Positions 47,536-58,609 are shown, counted from the stretch's first letter. The stretch: 64,000 bases of DNA from Promethearchaeota archaeon (GCA_030599585.1 JAUVNS010000011.1:1-64000); one strand, 5' to 3'. Notes: a model not told the origin generated them from the letters alone. Program-made: numbers and translations.

Positions 47536-49050
47536 TTGGAAGCGATAATTATGGAAGATTTAAAAGATTTTGGCGAACCTTCGGAATTTTGGCAATATTT
47601 TTACGAAATAACTAAAATTCCTCGATGTTCGACCCATGAAGATAAGATTAGAGAATATATTAGAGAGGAAGCTGAGAAATTGGGCTATCAAACTGAAATT
47701 GATGCAATTAAAAATTTAGTTGTTCGAATTCCTTCAAGCAGAGACTCTGGAGGTAATAAAATAGGAGTTGTCCTACAAAGCCACATGGATATGGTGTGTG
47801 AAAAAAATGAAAATATACACCACGATTTTTCAATAGATCCTTTAAAATTAAAGACGATTGAAATTGATAACGAAAAATGGTTAACTGCTGAAGGTACGAC
47901 ATTGGGAGCGGATAATGGAGTTGGTATTGCATATCAGCTTGCGATTATGAAAAAAATACATGATGGAAGCCTAAATTTTGATGACCTTGATCTAGATTTA
48001 TTCTTCACTGTTGATGAGGAGAGAGGACTTTCTGGAGCAAGTCAAATGGATAAAAATTTGATAAGTGGAAAATATTTGTTAAATCTTGATTCAGAAGAAG
48101 ACGACAGATTTACTATTGGATGTGCTGGAGGAAGAGTCTTTAGAGCGGAAGTAAATTGCGAGAAAAAATTAATAAGCAACCCAAATTTAAGAGCGGTAAA
48201 AATCTCCATCTCGGGGCTATTTGGTGGGCATTCAGGGACAGATATAAACAAAAATAGAGGGAACGCTTTAAAAATATTAACTGAAATAATTTGGAAATTA
48301 AACTCGAACTTTAATATTTTACTTAATTCCCTAGAAGGAGGAAACTTAACTAATGCGATTCCTAGGGAGGCTCATGCTATTTTCTTTATAGAACAGAGCC
48401 AAAAGAATGAACTTGAAACATTTTTAGAAGATTTAATCCCTAAAATTAAGATTCTTTATGAAGGAACAGATTCGAACTTAAATATTTCAATATATCTACT
48501 GAAAGATTTCACTGATAAAACAACATTTTCAAAGGATTTCCAAAATAAATTAGTTGATCTCTTTTATTTAATGCCAAATGGACCTATTTCTTTACACCCT
48601 ACAAGTGTAGGCTTAGTGCATACATCACTGAATTTTGCAGTAGTGCACACTTTGGAAAACAAAATCGAATTCAAAGTTAGTACTCGAAGTTTAACGCAAT
48701 ATGATAAAGATACTTTATTTGAGAAGCTAAAGTTACTCTTAAAAACATCTGGGTTAGACATAAACATTGAGATAATTACTCTCTATCCAAGTTGGCCACC
48801 AATTTTTGATTCAAAGTTAACTGAAATATCTAAGCAAGTGTATAAAAATACTTTTAATGAAGATGTAATTATCCAGGCGATTCATGCCGGATTGGAATGT
48901 GCTTTTTTTAGCCATTATTATCCTGATATGGAGATGATTTCATTAGGCCCAGATGTACTTGGCGGTCATTCTCCCGACGAGAGGCTAAACATAAGAAGCG
49001 TATCGAAAATATGGAAATTTCTTTTGGCTTTGCTCAAAAATTTAGCTTAA
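47536..49050 (+). CDS. pepD: Aminoacyl-histidine dipeptidase (M20C)
   Basis: LQSHMDMVCEK, TTLGADNG, DEE, NLDSEE, GGHSG, IHAGLEC, HSPDE. Confidence 0.93.
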   Translation: MEAIIMEDLKDFGEPSEFWQYFYEITKIPRCSTHEDKIREYIREEAEKLGYQTEIDAIKNLVVRIPSSRDSGGNKIGVVLQSHMDMVCEKNENIHHDFSIDPLKLKTIEIDNEKWLTAEGTTLGADNGVGIAYQLAIMKKIHDGSLNFDDLDLDLFFTVDEERGLSGASQMDKNLISGKYLLNLDSEEDDRFTIGCAGGRVFRAEVNCEKKLISNPNLRAVKISISGLFGGHSGTDINKNRGNALKILTEIIWKLNSNFNILLNSLEGGNLTNAIPREAHAIFFIEQSQKNELETFLEDLIPKIKILYEGTDSNLNISIYLLKDFTDKTTFSKDFQNKLVDLFYLMPNGPISLHPTSVGLVHTSLNFAVVHTLENKIEFKVSTRSLTQYDKDTLFEKLKLLLKTSGLDINIEIITLYPSWPPIFDSKLTEISKQVYKNTFNEDVIIQAIHAGLECAFFSHYYPDMEMISLGPDVLGGHSPDERLNIRSVSKIWKFLLALLKNLA

Positions 49051-49134
49051 TTTAACGAATAATAAATTCTTTTATGACAAAATTTTAATTTAAAAAAAAT
49101 TTATAAATCAAAGTAAAGAAATTTCGAGATTGCT

Positions 49135-49665
49135 ATGCAAGAGGAAAGAAGAAATAAAACGAAAGCAGCTAAAGATGAAGTATTAGGCTCGGAGACTGTA
49201 TTTGAAAAAATTAGAGGTAGAACTCCATGGGTTTTTGGCAACGCATTCAGAAAACCAAAGATTTTGTCCCCAAAATTAAAAATAACCAGAAGGGGAATTC
49301 CTCTTCCAGGTAAATCTCTCGCAGTAATAGGAGTTTACATTATTCTTTTCCTTTTGCAGACTGGAATAGTTTATATAGTATTTAGAGAAGTTCCTGCTTT
49401 GGGTACTAATCCATCAGATGGTACTCCCATGTTTCTATATCCTGATATAAACGAGTCGTTCATAATCGAAGGTATAGTTGCTTCCATTTTTATTTTTTTG
49501 TGTTCTATTGGCTTTATTTTGTTATACCAAGCATCCAAATTCGTATACAATAAGAGTGTAGCAGTTAGATATTTAGCCGTAGGTATTCTTCTTATATTGG
49601 CTTCCTTTATTACATTACAGGCAATGATTACGATTAAACTAGGTCAAAAATTATTTAATGTGTAA
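49135..49665 (+). CDS. Oligosaccharyltransferase accessory subunit OSTC/DC2 (Ost3/Ost6 family)-like
   Basis: FLLQTGIVY..PALG..FLYP.INESFIIEGIVAS..GFILL matches the OSTC TM core. Confidence 0.75.
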   Translation: MQEERRNKTKAAKDEVLGSETVFEKIRGRTPWVFGNAFRKPKILSPKLKITRRGIPLPGKSLAVIGVYIILFLLQTGIVYIVFREVPALGTNPSDGTPMFLYPDINESFIIEGIVASIFIFLCSIGFILLYQASKFVYNKSVAVRYLAVGILLILASFITLQAMITIKLGQKLFNV

Positions 49666-49850
49666 TAAAATTTGTGTATTGGAGGATCTTTCTATTTATC
49701 TAGTCACGAGAGTGTAAATTAGCAGTCAATAGATAGGTTGTTGATTATATAAATTCTAAACTTCTAAAAAATTTAAAATTCCTCGTAGATAGAAGTATAA
49801 ATAAAAAAAATAAAAATTAGTTAAATATCTTTTAAGCTTTAAAATTTAAT

Positions 49851-50252
49851 TTAACTGAGGGATGCAATAAAGGAATTATAAGCGGCTTCATCCAATAAAT
49901 TACCTTTCTCGGCATCCCAATTGGAAGCGTTAATCTTAAATAACCAAGCAGTAAGCGCATTTTCGTTTATTTTTTCAGGTTCGTCCATTAAATCGCTATT
50001 TACCGCACTAACTGTACCTGATACAGGACAATAAACATCTCCAACTGCTTTGCTTGATTCCACTGTAGCGTCGATAGGGTCTGAGGAAGGTTCGCCTCCA
50101 TCCATCGTTACTTGAGAAAGTTCAGCACCTTCAAGGGCATCTACATCCACAAACGAAATTTCACCTAATTGCTCAGCGGCATAAGGAGTAAGTCCTACTT
50201 CACCAGTTTCATCATTATACCATTGATGGGTTTTAGTATACCAAATTGCCAT
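49851..50252 (-). CDS. gcvH: Glycine cleavage system H protein
   Basis: YTKTHQW, AAEQLGEI, VESSKAVGDVYCPVSG (lipoyl Lys), AWLFK. Confidence 0.92.
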   Translation of the reverse strand: MAIWYTKTHQWYNDETGEVGLTPYAAEQLGEISFVDVDALEGAELSQVTMDGGEPSSDPIDATVESSKAVGDVYCPVSGTVSAVNSDLMDEPEKINENALTAWLFKINASNWDAEKGNLLDEAAYNSFIASLS

Positions 50253-50386
50253 GCTTTATACAACTCTTAGCTCTAATTTTAATATTTTATATAATATCGA
50301 ATTTAATGATATTATAAAGTTAATTATATCATTGATTTAAAATTTATTTATTGAGAAATATTTTATAAAAGTAAACAACGATATAT

Positions 50387-51217
50387 ATGAAGAATTCACT
50401 TAAGACTCAAATCGAATCTCATATTGAATTTAGAGCGTGGTATCGTAAGATAGTAAATGATTTTAATTTTGATCTTCAAAAAGATCGAAAGGCAAGAGAT
50501 TTATTATCTCATATTTTAGAAAAGAAACCCTCCTCGTATAACCTTGAGGAGATTTTGCTTTCTTTTAAAGAAAATATCCAAAAAAAAGAATGTATTTGTG
50601 TTTATGGTTGTGGTCCTTCATTAGAAGAATCAGTTGATTTTATATTAAGTAATTTAGGAAAAAGCTTTTTTAGTAACTGTGTGAATTTAGCTGCTGATGG
50701 AGCTGCTAGATTGCTGAATGAGAAAACCATACCGATTGATGGTATTATAACTGATTTAGATGGTATCACTAAAAACGATTTCTCCAAGGCGAAATTTGTG
50801 ATCGTCCATGCACATGGAGACAATAATCATCTTTTAGAGCGTTTTAAAAACGCGATTATTAAATTCACAAAAATAATCGGGACAACTCAAGCAGAATCAA
50901 CTTATAATCTAGTTAATCCCGGTGGGTTTACTGATGGAGACCGGATTTTAACCTTTATAATATCTTTTTTATTACCTCATCAAGAACTATATTTAATTGG
51001 TATGGATTTCAAAGATATTGTGGGAATTTATAGTAAACTAAATCATGAAAAGAATTATTTAGCTGATCCAATTAAGTTTAAAAAGTTACAATATGCATTG
51101 CAGATAATCGAGTGGTTAATACCCAAAATTAAGATACCTTTGTATTTAATTAACACGACACCGATTTCAGATAAATTAAATTATTTGACACTTGAAGCTT
51201 TTAAAGAAAGATTTTAA
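50387..51217 (+). CDS. mptE: 6-hydroxymethyl-7,8-dihydropterin pyrophosphokinase (MptE/DUF115)
   Basis: GCGPSL, AADGA, TDLDG, HAHGDN, GTTQ, GGFTDGDR, GMDF. Confidence 0.88.
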   Translation: MKNSLKTQIESHIEFRAWYRKIVNDFNFDLQKDRKARDLLSHILEKKPSSYNLEEILLSFKENIQKKECICVYGCGPSLEESVDFILSNLGKSFFSNCVNLAADGAARLLNEKTIPIDGIITDLDGITKNDFSKAKFVIVHAHGDNNHLLERFKNAIIKFTKIIGTTQAESTYNLVNPGGFTDGDRILTFIISFLLPHQELYLIGMDFKDIVGIYSKLNHEKNYLADPIKFKKLQYALQIIEWLIPKIKIPLYLINTTPISDKLNYLTLEAFKERF

Positions 51218-51221
51218 GAAA

Positions 51222-51998
51222 TTACACTTTAAAATCTTCTATCCCTCGCTTAGTAATAGAATAAACAATTTTTTTCTCAGGAAGCATATGAGAATTTACC
51301 ATATGAATATAAATCATGTCCTTCTCCTTATAGCTTAAATACAATGCTTCTGAGAAAAAATGATTTAAATATTGAATTCCAACGGGAAACTCTTTAACAA
51401 CAGCGTCTTCAATAAAATTTGGAGCTACTTGAGCTGTTAAAATTGTAATTAATTGAAACCTTAGAGTTAAATTGTATATTTTTTCTAAAATTTTAAAGAA
51501 TGTAGTCTTTGCCTTTAAAAATGATATTTCTTTATCACTACGCTCAAATCTGAAAAAATTATTAATAGAGTCGATTATAAGTAGTTTTACATTATTGAAT
51601 TTGACTATAGAATCCAATTCGTTAAGTTTTAATAAAAGAGCATTGTTACTCATGATTTTTGACACATAAATATTCTTTAATGTCTTTTCACTGTTAAATT
51701 TGTTGTATTCTGCTAACTCTCGAACTCTTTCGGGACGGAAGGTGTTTTCTGTATCTAAATAAACAACTTTAATGGAATTTTCAAACGCTTGCACTGATAA
51801 TTGATGACAAATCTGAGTTTTCCCTGTTTTGTTAGCTCCAAAAACTACATACGCTTTACCTGAAAAGAATCCACCCCCAATTGCTTTATTGAAATTATTG
51901 GAACCAGTTGAAATCAAGGTTTTTTCATGTTTTATTCTTTCAATTTCACTAATGATTTTTTTCTTATCGATTATATTAGATTCAAATATTTCTCCCAT
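51222..51998 (-). CDS. RadA/Rad51 paralog lacking the N-terminal domain
   Basis: ISTGS, GANKTGKTQICHQL, YLDTENTFRPER, LLIIDS. Confidence 0.85.
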   Translation of the reverse strand: MGEIFESNIIDKKKIISEIERIKHEKTLISTGSNNFNKAIGGGFFSGKAYVVFGANKTGKTQICHQLSVQAFENSIKVVYLDTENTFRPERVRELAEYNKFNSEKTLKNIYVSKIMSNNALLLKLNELDSIVKFNNVKLLIIDSINNFFRFERSDKEISFLKAKTTFFKILEKIYNLTLRFQLITILTAQVAPNFIEDAVVKEFPVGIQYLNHFFSEALYLSYKEKDMIYIHMVNSHMLPEKKIVYSITKRGIEDFKV

Positions 51999-52196
51999 AA
52001 TATTTCAGTCTCTTAACATTCCTACAAATAATTATTTTGAATCAATAAATAAACAATAAAAACTTAATTAGGGAATACTTATTTTTATTGATATTAAATC
52101 GTAAAATTAATTTTTGATTAAATATTGACTATTATTTATATTAATTTTAACATTTGTTTTTATATAATTAGATAATAATTTTTTCATCCTCTAAAA

Positions 52197-52799
52197 ATGG
52201 CAAAAAAAAAGAAAGAAGTATGTCCGTATTGCGGAAATAGTTTTGCGTATCTCAGCCGACATAAGTGCAAAGTAAAGGAGAGAGTTGAAGGCACGGAAGA
52301 AGAAGGAAAATCTGACACTGAACGAAGATTGGAAAGAATAGCAGAAAGAAAAAAAGAAGAGGGGCGTAGTTTAAGAAAGGATGAGCGAATAGTTCTCAAT
52401 ATTATCTCACGAGAAAAGGATATTTATTTTGATGAACTATTAGAGCTAACTAAGAAGGAACGAATCGATCTCGATAAAATTCTAAATACTCTATCACTTC
52501 AATCAAAAATACATGTAGATCGAGAGTTAATGGAGGCCTCGTGGACAAAACACATAATTCTAAGTGAATCGTACGATGTAAAAATTAAAGATTTGAATAT
52601 TGACAGAAATAAACCTGATTTCATTTTGGATGTTTTTTCACGCCAACCATGTTTAATCTGTCCTTTTGCGAGTAAATGTAATAATACTAACCTTGATCAA
52701 TATAATCCAAAACATTGCCCTTGGTTTTCAGATTGGATAAATATTTCTTTAGAAGGGAAGATTTATAATATAAATTTTGAGGTTACTAAAGATAAGTGA
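52197..52799 (+). CDS. C34/TFEbeta-like protein: Zn finger + wHTH + 4Fe-4S domain
   Basis: CPYC..HKC; central wHTH; C-terminal PCLICPFASKC..NPKHCPWFSDW matches the Rpc34/TFEbeta Fe-S motif. Confidence 0.7.
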   Translation: MAKKKKEVCPYCGNSFAYLSRHKCKVKERVEGTEEEGKSDTERRLERIAERKKEEGRSLRKDERIVLNIISREKDIYFDELLELTKKERIDLDKILNTLSLQSKIHVDRELMEASWTKHIILSESYDVKIKDLNIDRNKPDFILDVFSRQPCLICPFASKCNNTNLDQYNPKHCPWFSDWINISLEGKIYNINFEVTKDK

Positions 52800-52803
52800 T
52801 CTG

Positions 52804-53442
52804 CTAATACTTCTTCTTTAAACCAATTAAATAGATTTCGTTACTTTTTTTATTACTGCTTTTAGGCTTTAGACTTCTCACAACCATAAAATGTTGTTTC
52901 ATCTTTTTGTAGAAATTCTCGAAATCAGCTCCTTGAAATACTTTAACTAAGAAATTTCCTTTGATTTTGAGGTTTTCAGTAAGTTCAAGGATGTTGAGGC
53001 ATAGTTTAATTTGCCTAGCTTGATCACTAAATTTATTACCTGATTTGTTAATACTAGCATCAGAAAGAATGAGATCAAGTTTTTCTCCTTCGAAATAATT
53101 ATTAATTTCCACTTGAAACTCGGGAGATGTAAAATCCATTTTAACTATTTTTATATCTTCAATAGGGGATAATCTCTTGAGATCTACTCCCATAATTTTG
53201 TAATGGTGGCGGTGATAATATTTGTCGTTATGTTTTGTTAAATTTAATTCTGCATATTTTTTAGCTACTTGTAACCACGAACCCGGAGTACTACCTAAAT
53301 CTAATATATAAAACGCTCTTTTAAAAATACTGTACCTATTTTGAATGTCCAGTAACTTAAAAGCTGACCTGGCCCTATACCCTTCACGTTTAGCTTTCTT
53401 ATAAGTGGCATCTTTTCTATGTTCTTCTGCATCTTTTGGCAT
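52804..53442 (-). CDS. rlmE: 23S rRNA Um2552 methyltransferase RlmE/FtsJ
   Basis: GYRARSAFKL, LDLGSTPGSWLQ, LSD, KVFQG, KPKSS..SNEIY. Confidence 0.93.
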   Translation of the reverse strand: MPKDAEEHRKDATYKKAKREGYRARSAFKLLDIQNRYSIFKRAFYILDLGSTPGSWLQVAKKYAELNLTKHNDKYYHRHHYKIMGVDLKRLSPIEDIKIVKMDFTSPEFQVEINNYFEGEKLDLILSDASINKSGNKFSDQARQIKLCLNILELTENLKIKGNFLVKVFQGADFENFYKKMKQHFMVVRSLKPKSSNKKSNEIYLIGLKKKY

Positions 53443-53452
53443 GGTCTTTATA

Positions 53453-54682
53453 CTAATTTAATTTTTCATTTTGTTTTAGAACTTTTTTTAATTCGTCAAT
53501 TTTCATGTCCGTTTTAATCGAAATAAAATCGAAGTGAGTCCTTGAGGCTTTATAACCTTTCTCCTCAATTATTTTAATTATATCTTCAAGTTTGGGGATA
53601 GATGAAAGTTTTAATTGCTGAGATATTTTATGAATGTTATAATATGAAATAGGCATATTTATTTCATTAAGTGCGAATTTAAGGACCTTTCTTATTCTAT
53701 TTTTATTCTTAAAATTGAATTTCTCATTTAAAATATCTAGCTCTTCTACATATGATTTTTGATGCAACTCACCGACCCATAAAGGCCCAGAATATGATAA
53801 ATGTTTTTCGCTTAAGCATATTGGGCATTTTTGAGGAACTTTTAAGAGATTCTCAATAATTATTGAACGATCTCCGCAATTATTACAATGAATAATATAT
53901 CCATAACTTTTTGGTAAATCCTTTAATATCTTTGACTTCCCTTTGAAACTCATTGCAAAAATTCTTATGAAATGGTTAGAATAGAATGTTAGAAGTGGTA
54001 TTATGCCTAAATTGTTTATATGAGCAATTCTTGAGATAAAAGATATTAATATTCGCGCCCCAATTTCCTTGCAATAATCTGTGTGAAGCGGTTTACTCAT
54101 ATATTTTCTAATACAAGCCTTTGGTTTAACTCCAAATAACACTGCTGTATCTGTTGCTGTTATACATAACAACCCGTTATCTTTTTTGATCGCTTTAAAG
54201 GCGGAATCAACAAAAAAATTTGGAGTGCCAAATGGATCGATTGAAATAACATCTGGCAAGACAGAATTTCGAGAAATTTCGGAAAATAATAGGTTAGCGT
54301 CTTTATTTAATACTTCCGCTTGTTCTGGATCAATTTTATTAAATTCTAAATTGTTTTTAATTAGCTCAACTGCTATGGGATTTAAGTCATTTAAATATAT
54401 TTTTTCAACATTACTTGTATTTTTTAACAATCTTATTGAACCAATGCCCGAAGCCGCCATTGAATCTACTACTACTAACGGTGTTTGGCTTATGGTTTTA
54501 TTATATGCTATAATAGCTAAGATTGAAATATCCCTGTTTATCTCCATTCTTTCATTATAAAAAACATTCATAGATTTAGAGGGGATAGCATTATTATCTG
54601 TCTCGTGTAAAAAGAATTTCACAGAACCTTCTTGTTTTGTAATGTACTTATTTTTACCAAAATCTTGGTTTTCAGTTTTCAT
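53453..54682 (-). CDS. trm1: tRNA (guanine26-N2)-dimethyltransferase
   Basis: VFYNERMEINRDIS, ASGIGSIR, IDPFGTP, TATDTA, EIGARIL, GPLW, SRTHF. Confidence 0.93.
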   Translation of the reverse strand: MKTENQDFGKNKYITKQEGSVKFFLHETDNNAIPSKSMNVFYNERMEINRDISILAIIAYNKTISQTPLVVVDSMAASGIGSIRLLKNTSNVEKIYLNDLNPIAVELIKNNLEFNKIDPEQAEVLNKDANLLFSEISRNSVLPDVISIDPFGTPNFFVDSAFKAIKKDNGLLCITATDTAVLFGVKPKACIRKYMSKPLHTDYCKEIGARILISFISRIAHINNLGIIPLLTFYSNHFIRIFAMSFKGKSKILKDLPKSYGYIIHCNNCGDRSIIIENLLKVPQKCPICLSEKHLSYSGPLWVGELHQKSYVEELDILNEKFNFKNKNRIRKVLKFALNEINMPISYYNIHKISQQLKLSSIPKLEDIIKIIEEKGYKASRTHFDFISIKTDMKIDELKKVLKQNEKLN

Positions 54683-54709
54683 TTTGTCTTCTACTTATTA
54701 ACTAGTTAA

Positions 54710-55705
54710 TTAGGTTGTTGAGAAAAAGAGGGCTACTGGCTTTTCGCTACCTAACAAGCCACCAGAAGTTCTCATATGAATCTCATTAACATTATCTACT
54801 GTCAAAGGTTCAATATGTTCCATTTTTTTAACCTCATCTGTGTTTTCGGGGCTGCCAATAATTAAAAAAATTCCTTTTAACGTTTCTATGATAAAAGCTA
54901 AAGGAAGCCATTCATAATATATGCGTATTTTAGCTTTTGGTGAAGGAAAATATGAATATATTCCACCATAAGTTAATATTGCATGAAGATCCCCAACAAA
55001 ACTTCCACTGTAGCGATTTTTGAAATTTCGATTAATTAACGCTTGTTCGTAAGCCTTACATCTATCAGACCACTTTGTTGAATCTCCTCCAAGGCACCTT
55101 ATACCTCCTTCTACAATATTAGGTAATTTTTTTAATTCTTGATAAATATAATGATAAAAAGTCATACTATATGGGGACGTATCCAGAATGAATTCTGCAA
55201 CTTTACCATTAAGAGCTAAAACAAGGTTAGTATAAATCCCATAAAGAATATAGAAACTACAAATAATAGTTCCCACTTCATTAAATATTCCCACTATCGT
55301 TCCTACGGTTCTATTAACTATAACATTAGATGAACCATCTACGGGATCTATTGTAATACCAAACTTCCCACTACCGAGAACAGGTTCAGCTTCTTCAGAA
55401 GCAACAAATAGAAAATTGACATCGCTTTCTTGGAGCGCTTTTAGGATAATGCTATGAGTTAATATATCCTCGTGAATTTGGTATTCCCCATAAAGATTGA
55501 TAGCTTGCTTTTCAACATTTTTAATTTTCATTCTTTGTTCGATTTCGCGTGAAGTTATTCCCCTTTCTAGCAAACCTCTTATGGGAATCGTTGCTTCAGC
55601 AATTGTTTCAATAATTTCAATTAATTCGTCTCTATCTGAAAACGAATGTGGAATATCATTATCTAACCATTTTGATAATTTTATATTTTCTTTTCTCTCA
55701 CTCAT
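54710..55705 (-). CDS. fbp: Fructose-1,6-bisphosphatase class I-like
   Basis: ASEE, IDPVDGSSN, VGTIVG, RYSGSFVGDLH, KIRIYYEWLPLAFIIE. Confidence 0.82.
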   Translation of the reverse strand: MSERKENIKLSKWLDNDIPHSFSDRDELIEIIETIAEATIPIRGLLERGITSREIEQRMKIKNVEKQAINLYGEYQIHEDILTHSIILKALQESDVNFLFVASEEAEPVLGSGKFGITIDPVDGSSNVIVNRTVGTIVGIFNEVGTIICSFYILYGIYTNLVLALNGKVAEFILDTSPYSMTFYHYIYQELKKLPNIVEGGIRCLGGDSTKWSDRCKAYEQALINRNFKNRYSGSFVGDLHAILTYGGIYSYFPSPKAKIRIYYEWLPLAFIIETLKGIFLIIGSPENTDEVKKMEHIEPLTVDNVNEIHMRTSGGLLGSEKPVALFFSTT

Positions 55706-55786
55706 TAAAACAACTCATTTAATATTTCTAAATTTTAATTCTAGAATTAAAATAATGAGCTATAATTGATAATCTTTTATAATTTT

Positions 55787-56479
55787 TTATTCAAAACCAC
55801 ATTTCGTTAACATAGAATTTAGTAGAAATGTATTATCATCATTTCCTCTATGTAAAATAAACCTTCGATTGTTTGCTACATCTGTTCGTTCGATTTTAAT
55901 AGAATTTGTCACCCAATATTGCATTACATTACCACCGCTTTCAACCGCGTAAGTTTGCCCCTCTTGAGTTCTTCTACTGACTTCATTTACAACTAAAATA
56001 CCGACCTCATATTTTTGTTTTAAATTAATCAAAGTAGCTAATAATTGATTTAGTCGATAATTCAGAATAACATTTTTTTCTTTTTTCTCATGATTTAATT
56101 CTAATCGATATAAATCCGTCATAGAATCAATAATTATTAAATGAAATGTCCCACTCTTAGTTTTTAAATCATTTAGAACGGCAAATTCCAAATTAAAAAC
56201 AAAATTGAATATCTCGTCAAAATTCGTGGTATGGATAAATAAAATATTTTCTAAAACATCCTCTAAATTGTTTTCGAATACAGTATTAATTTTTCTAGAT
56301 GGAAAATTTGGTTTTGTATAGATGTAAAGCACTTTTTTTTTATTTAACGCATATAAATTAGCTGTTTGAAGTGATAATGTAGTTTTCCCAACACCAAAGT
56401 CCCCCCATAATGAAGTTATTCCCTCTTTGGTGCCATTAGATTTAAAGAACTCATTTACTTTAGTTAGAGGAAATTGCAT
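55787..56479 (-). CDS. radB: RadB-like RecA-family protein
   Basis: GDFGVGKT, IIIDS, VVNEV, GGNVMQYW. Confidence 0.7.
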   Translation of the reverse strand: MQFPLTKVNEFFKSNGTKEGITSLWGDFGVGKTTLSLQTANLYALNKKKVLYIYTKPNFPSRKINTVFENNLEDVLENILFIHTTNFDEIFNFVFNLEFAVLNDLKTKSGTFHLIIIDSMTDLYRLELNHEKKEKNVILNYRLNQLLATLINLKQKYEVGILVVNEVSRRTQEGQTYAVESGGNVMQYWVTNSIKIERTDVANNRRFILHRGNDDNTFLLNSMLTKCGFE

Positions 56480-56521
56480 AAATAAAAATTTTTAATTGTT
56501 TCTTTAATTTCTATAATTAAT

Positions 56522-57370
56522 TTGAGAAATCAACCTTTATATATCTTAACAGAGGATTTAAATTTCTTTTATATAATTAAGAGTGAGTTAGATAAGTATA
56601 AAATTTATTTTCAAATCCTAAATTTGGATTCTAAAATTCCCGATATTCCGTCAATCATCCTTACTACTTCCAATGATTTTGAAAAACTTGGAAATAAAAA
56701 TCGTGTTAATTTTCTTGTGTATTCAAAAAATAATGATTTTGGTAAGTATTTCTTACATGTTCTTGCTGCTGTGAGAATTGGATATAAGAAATATTATTCT
56801 ACATTAACTTTTTCTATCGATCCCGGTAAAAAACTAGGTTTAATGGTTTTTTTAGATGATTATTATCTAGATTCATATTGTTGTTTTGAAAATAGTGAAT
56901 TCTTTGCTATTATTCATAAGTATGTAGCCATATTTGATGAAGATAATGCAACTCTGATGAAATTAAACTTCAAATTGGGGCGAGGTGTTCTTGACATCAC
57001 TTATGATTTAGTAAAGCAAATTTACATCATGTTTCAGAATCGGAAGTATATCAGAGTATGTTTAATCGATGAGTTTAAATCGTCGCAATTTAAATTATCA
57101 AAAAATACAATTGGCAAAAAGTTTACAAAAGATGAAATTTCCGCTTTGATATTAGCGTTTAGACTTGGAATCGATGTTAGATTTGATAATTATGACGATA
57201 TTTTTAAACAGTTAAGGATGAAAAAAATATTTATCAGAAAAAATAACACAGAGAAATCTAAAAATCATGACGAACCCTTATTATCATTAGAGGAAATAGT
57301 AGTGAATATTTTGAATGGGAAGTTATCTCTCAGTAATGCTATAGAAATTATATCCGTCAATAATGGATAA
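56522..57370 (+). CDS. Protein with an RNase H-like (YqgF/RuvC-like) domain
   Basis: SIDPGKKLGL..LIDEFKS..DEISALILA. Confidence 0.6.
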   Translation: MRNQPLYILTEDLNFFYIIKSELDKYKIYFQILNLDSKIPDIPSIILTTSNDFEKLGNKNRVNFLVYSKNNDFGKYFLHVLAAVRIGYKKYYSTLTFSIDPGKKLGLMVFLDDYYLDSYCCFENSEFFAIIHKYVAIFDEDNATLMKLNFKLGRGVLDITYDLVKQIYIMFQNRKYIRVCLIDEFKSSQFKLSKNTIGKKFTKDEISALILAFRLGIDVRFDNYDDIFKQLRMKKIFIRKNNTEKSKNHDEPLLSLEEIVVNILNGKLSLSNAIEIISVNNG

Positions 57371-57511
57371 TAAAAAAATATTTATCTTTTTTACAATTTA
57401 ATATTAATAAGACCGATAAAAGCATATTACTTTTTTCACAGAGATGCAAAAATATATTTTCTTGATGAGAATGCATTTTACATTCCTGTCGTTTAGGGGA
57501 TATTTAGAATT

Positions 57512-58609
57512 ATGAAAAGGTTTAGAAGTATTGATATCTTCAGAGGTATTTGCATATTCTATATGACTTTTGGGCACATGGTTAATTGGTGGATTTCTCA
57601 AGGAGATTTCTGGTTGTATGAGATTATTTGGAATTATGGTGCTCCAGTAGGAGGCGGTGGATTTTTATTGGTTTCAGGCATGAGTGCTTCATTATCCTAT
57701 AAGAGGGATCAGCTGAAAGCTCAAAGTTCTCAAGAATTTAATATGAAACGAGCTAGGAATGTTTATATGGTGAGGAGTTTGCTCATCTTCTTAATTTCGT
57801 TACTATGGAATTTCATCGGTACACTTTTCATGGGGCTTTCAGGAGTATGGCTATGGTTTGTAATACAAACAATTTCAATATCTTTGTTAATGGCTTGGCC
57901 GTTTTTAAAAACATCCAGAATTTTTAGATTGTCCATGTGTTTTGTATTTTGGATAGGTAACGAATTTGTTTTCTATTGGTTGGCTCCATACAGTAATTCG
58001 CAAAACATATTAGGATATCTTTTCTATTTTCTTTACAATTCTCCTGATCAAAATGTCATTTTGGGTTATTTTCCTTTTCTTCTTTTAGGAACAGTATTCG
58101 GTGATGTTTTCTCTGAATCCAGCGGCATTGACAATCTAATCGAAAGAAGATTGTTCCTAAAGAAAAAGCTTTTTAGAAATGGTCTATTATGTGGAGTTTT
58201 TCTGATAGCATTTGGATTGGTATACAATTTTCCAGATTTCTCGAATAAATCAACCTTTGCTTCTCATATGTTTATAGTTGGGATTGAACTTATATTGATG
58301 GCACTATTGGTTTATATTAAAGAGATTAGGGTAATTAGTTTCCAAAAAAGGTATAGATTCTTTGAAATTTATTCTTTTTATTCTTTTACTATGTTCCTTG
58401 CACATGAGGCTCTTTTCATCCTATTTCAACCTATTTTTAATTTTATTAACATTTGGTTTGTAATTGTCCCCATTTTAATTGCGTGGACTTCTCTATTTAG
58501 GTTTATCTACAAAAAATGGGATAGAAGCGCTTCACTAAAATTCCTACTTAATAAAATAGCTATCGAATTAGCTGATAGAATTGAAATTGTTAAATTAAGG
58601 AACCAATAA
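57512..58609 (+). CDS. DUF1624/HGSNAT-like membrane acyltransferase
   Basis: RFRSIDIFRG..MTFGH..FLLVSGMS; multiple TM helices. Confidence 0.8.
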   Translation: MKRFRSIDIFRGICIFYMTFGHMVNWWISQGDFWLYEIIWNYGAPVGGGGFLLVSGMSASLSYKRDQLKAQSSQEFNMKRARNVYMVRSLLIFLISLLWNFIGTLFMGLSGVWLWFVIQTISISLLMAWPFLKTSRIFRLSMCFVFWIGNEFVFYWLAPYSNSQNILGYLFYFLYNSPDQNVILGYFPFLLLGTVFGDVFSESSGIDNLIERRLFLKKKLFRNGLLCGVFLIAFGLVYNFPDFSNKSTFASHMFIVGIELILMALLVYIKEIRVISFQKRYRFFEIYSFYSFTMFLAHEALFILFQPIFNFINIWFVIVPILIAWTSLFRFIYKKWDRSASLKFLLNKIAIELADRIEIVKLRNQ

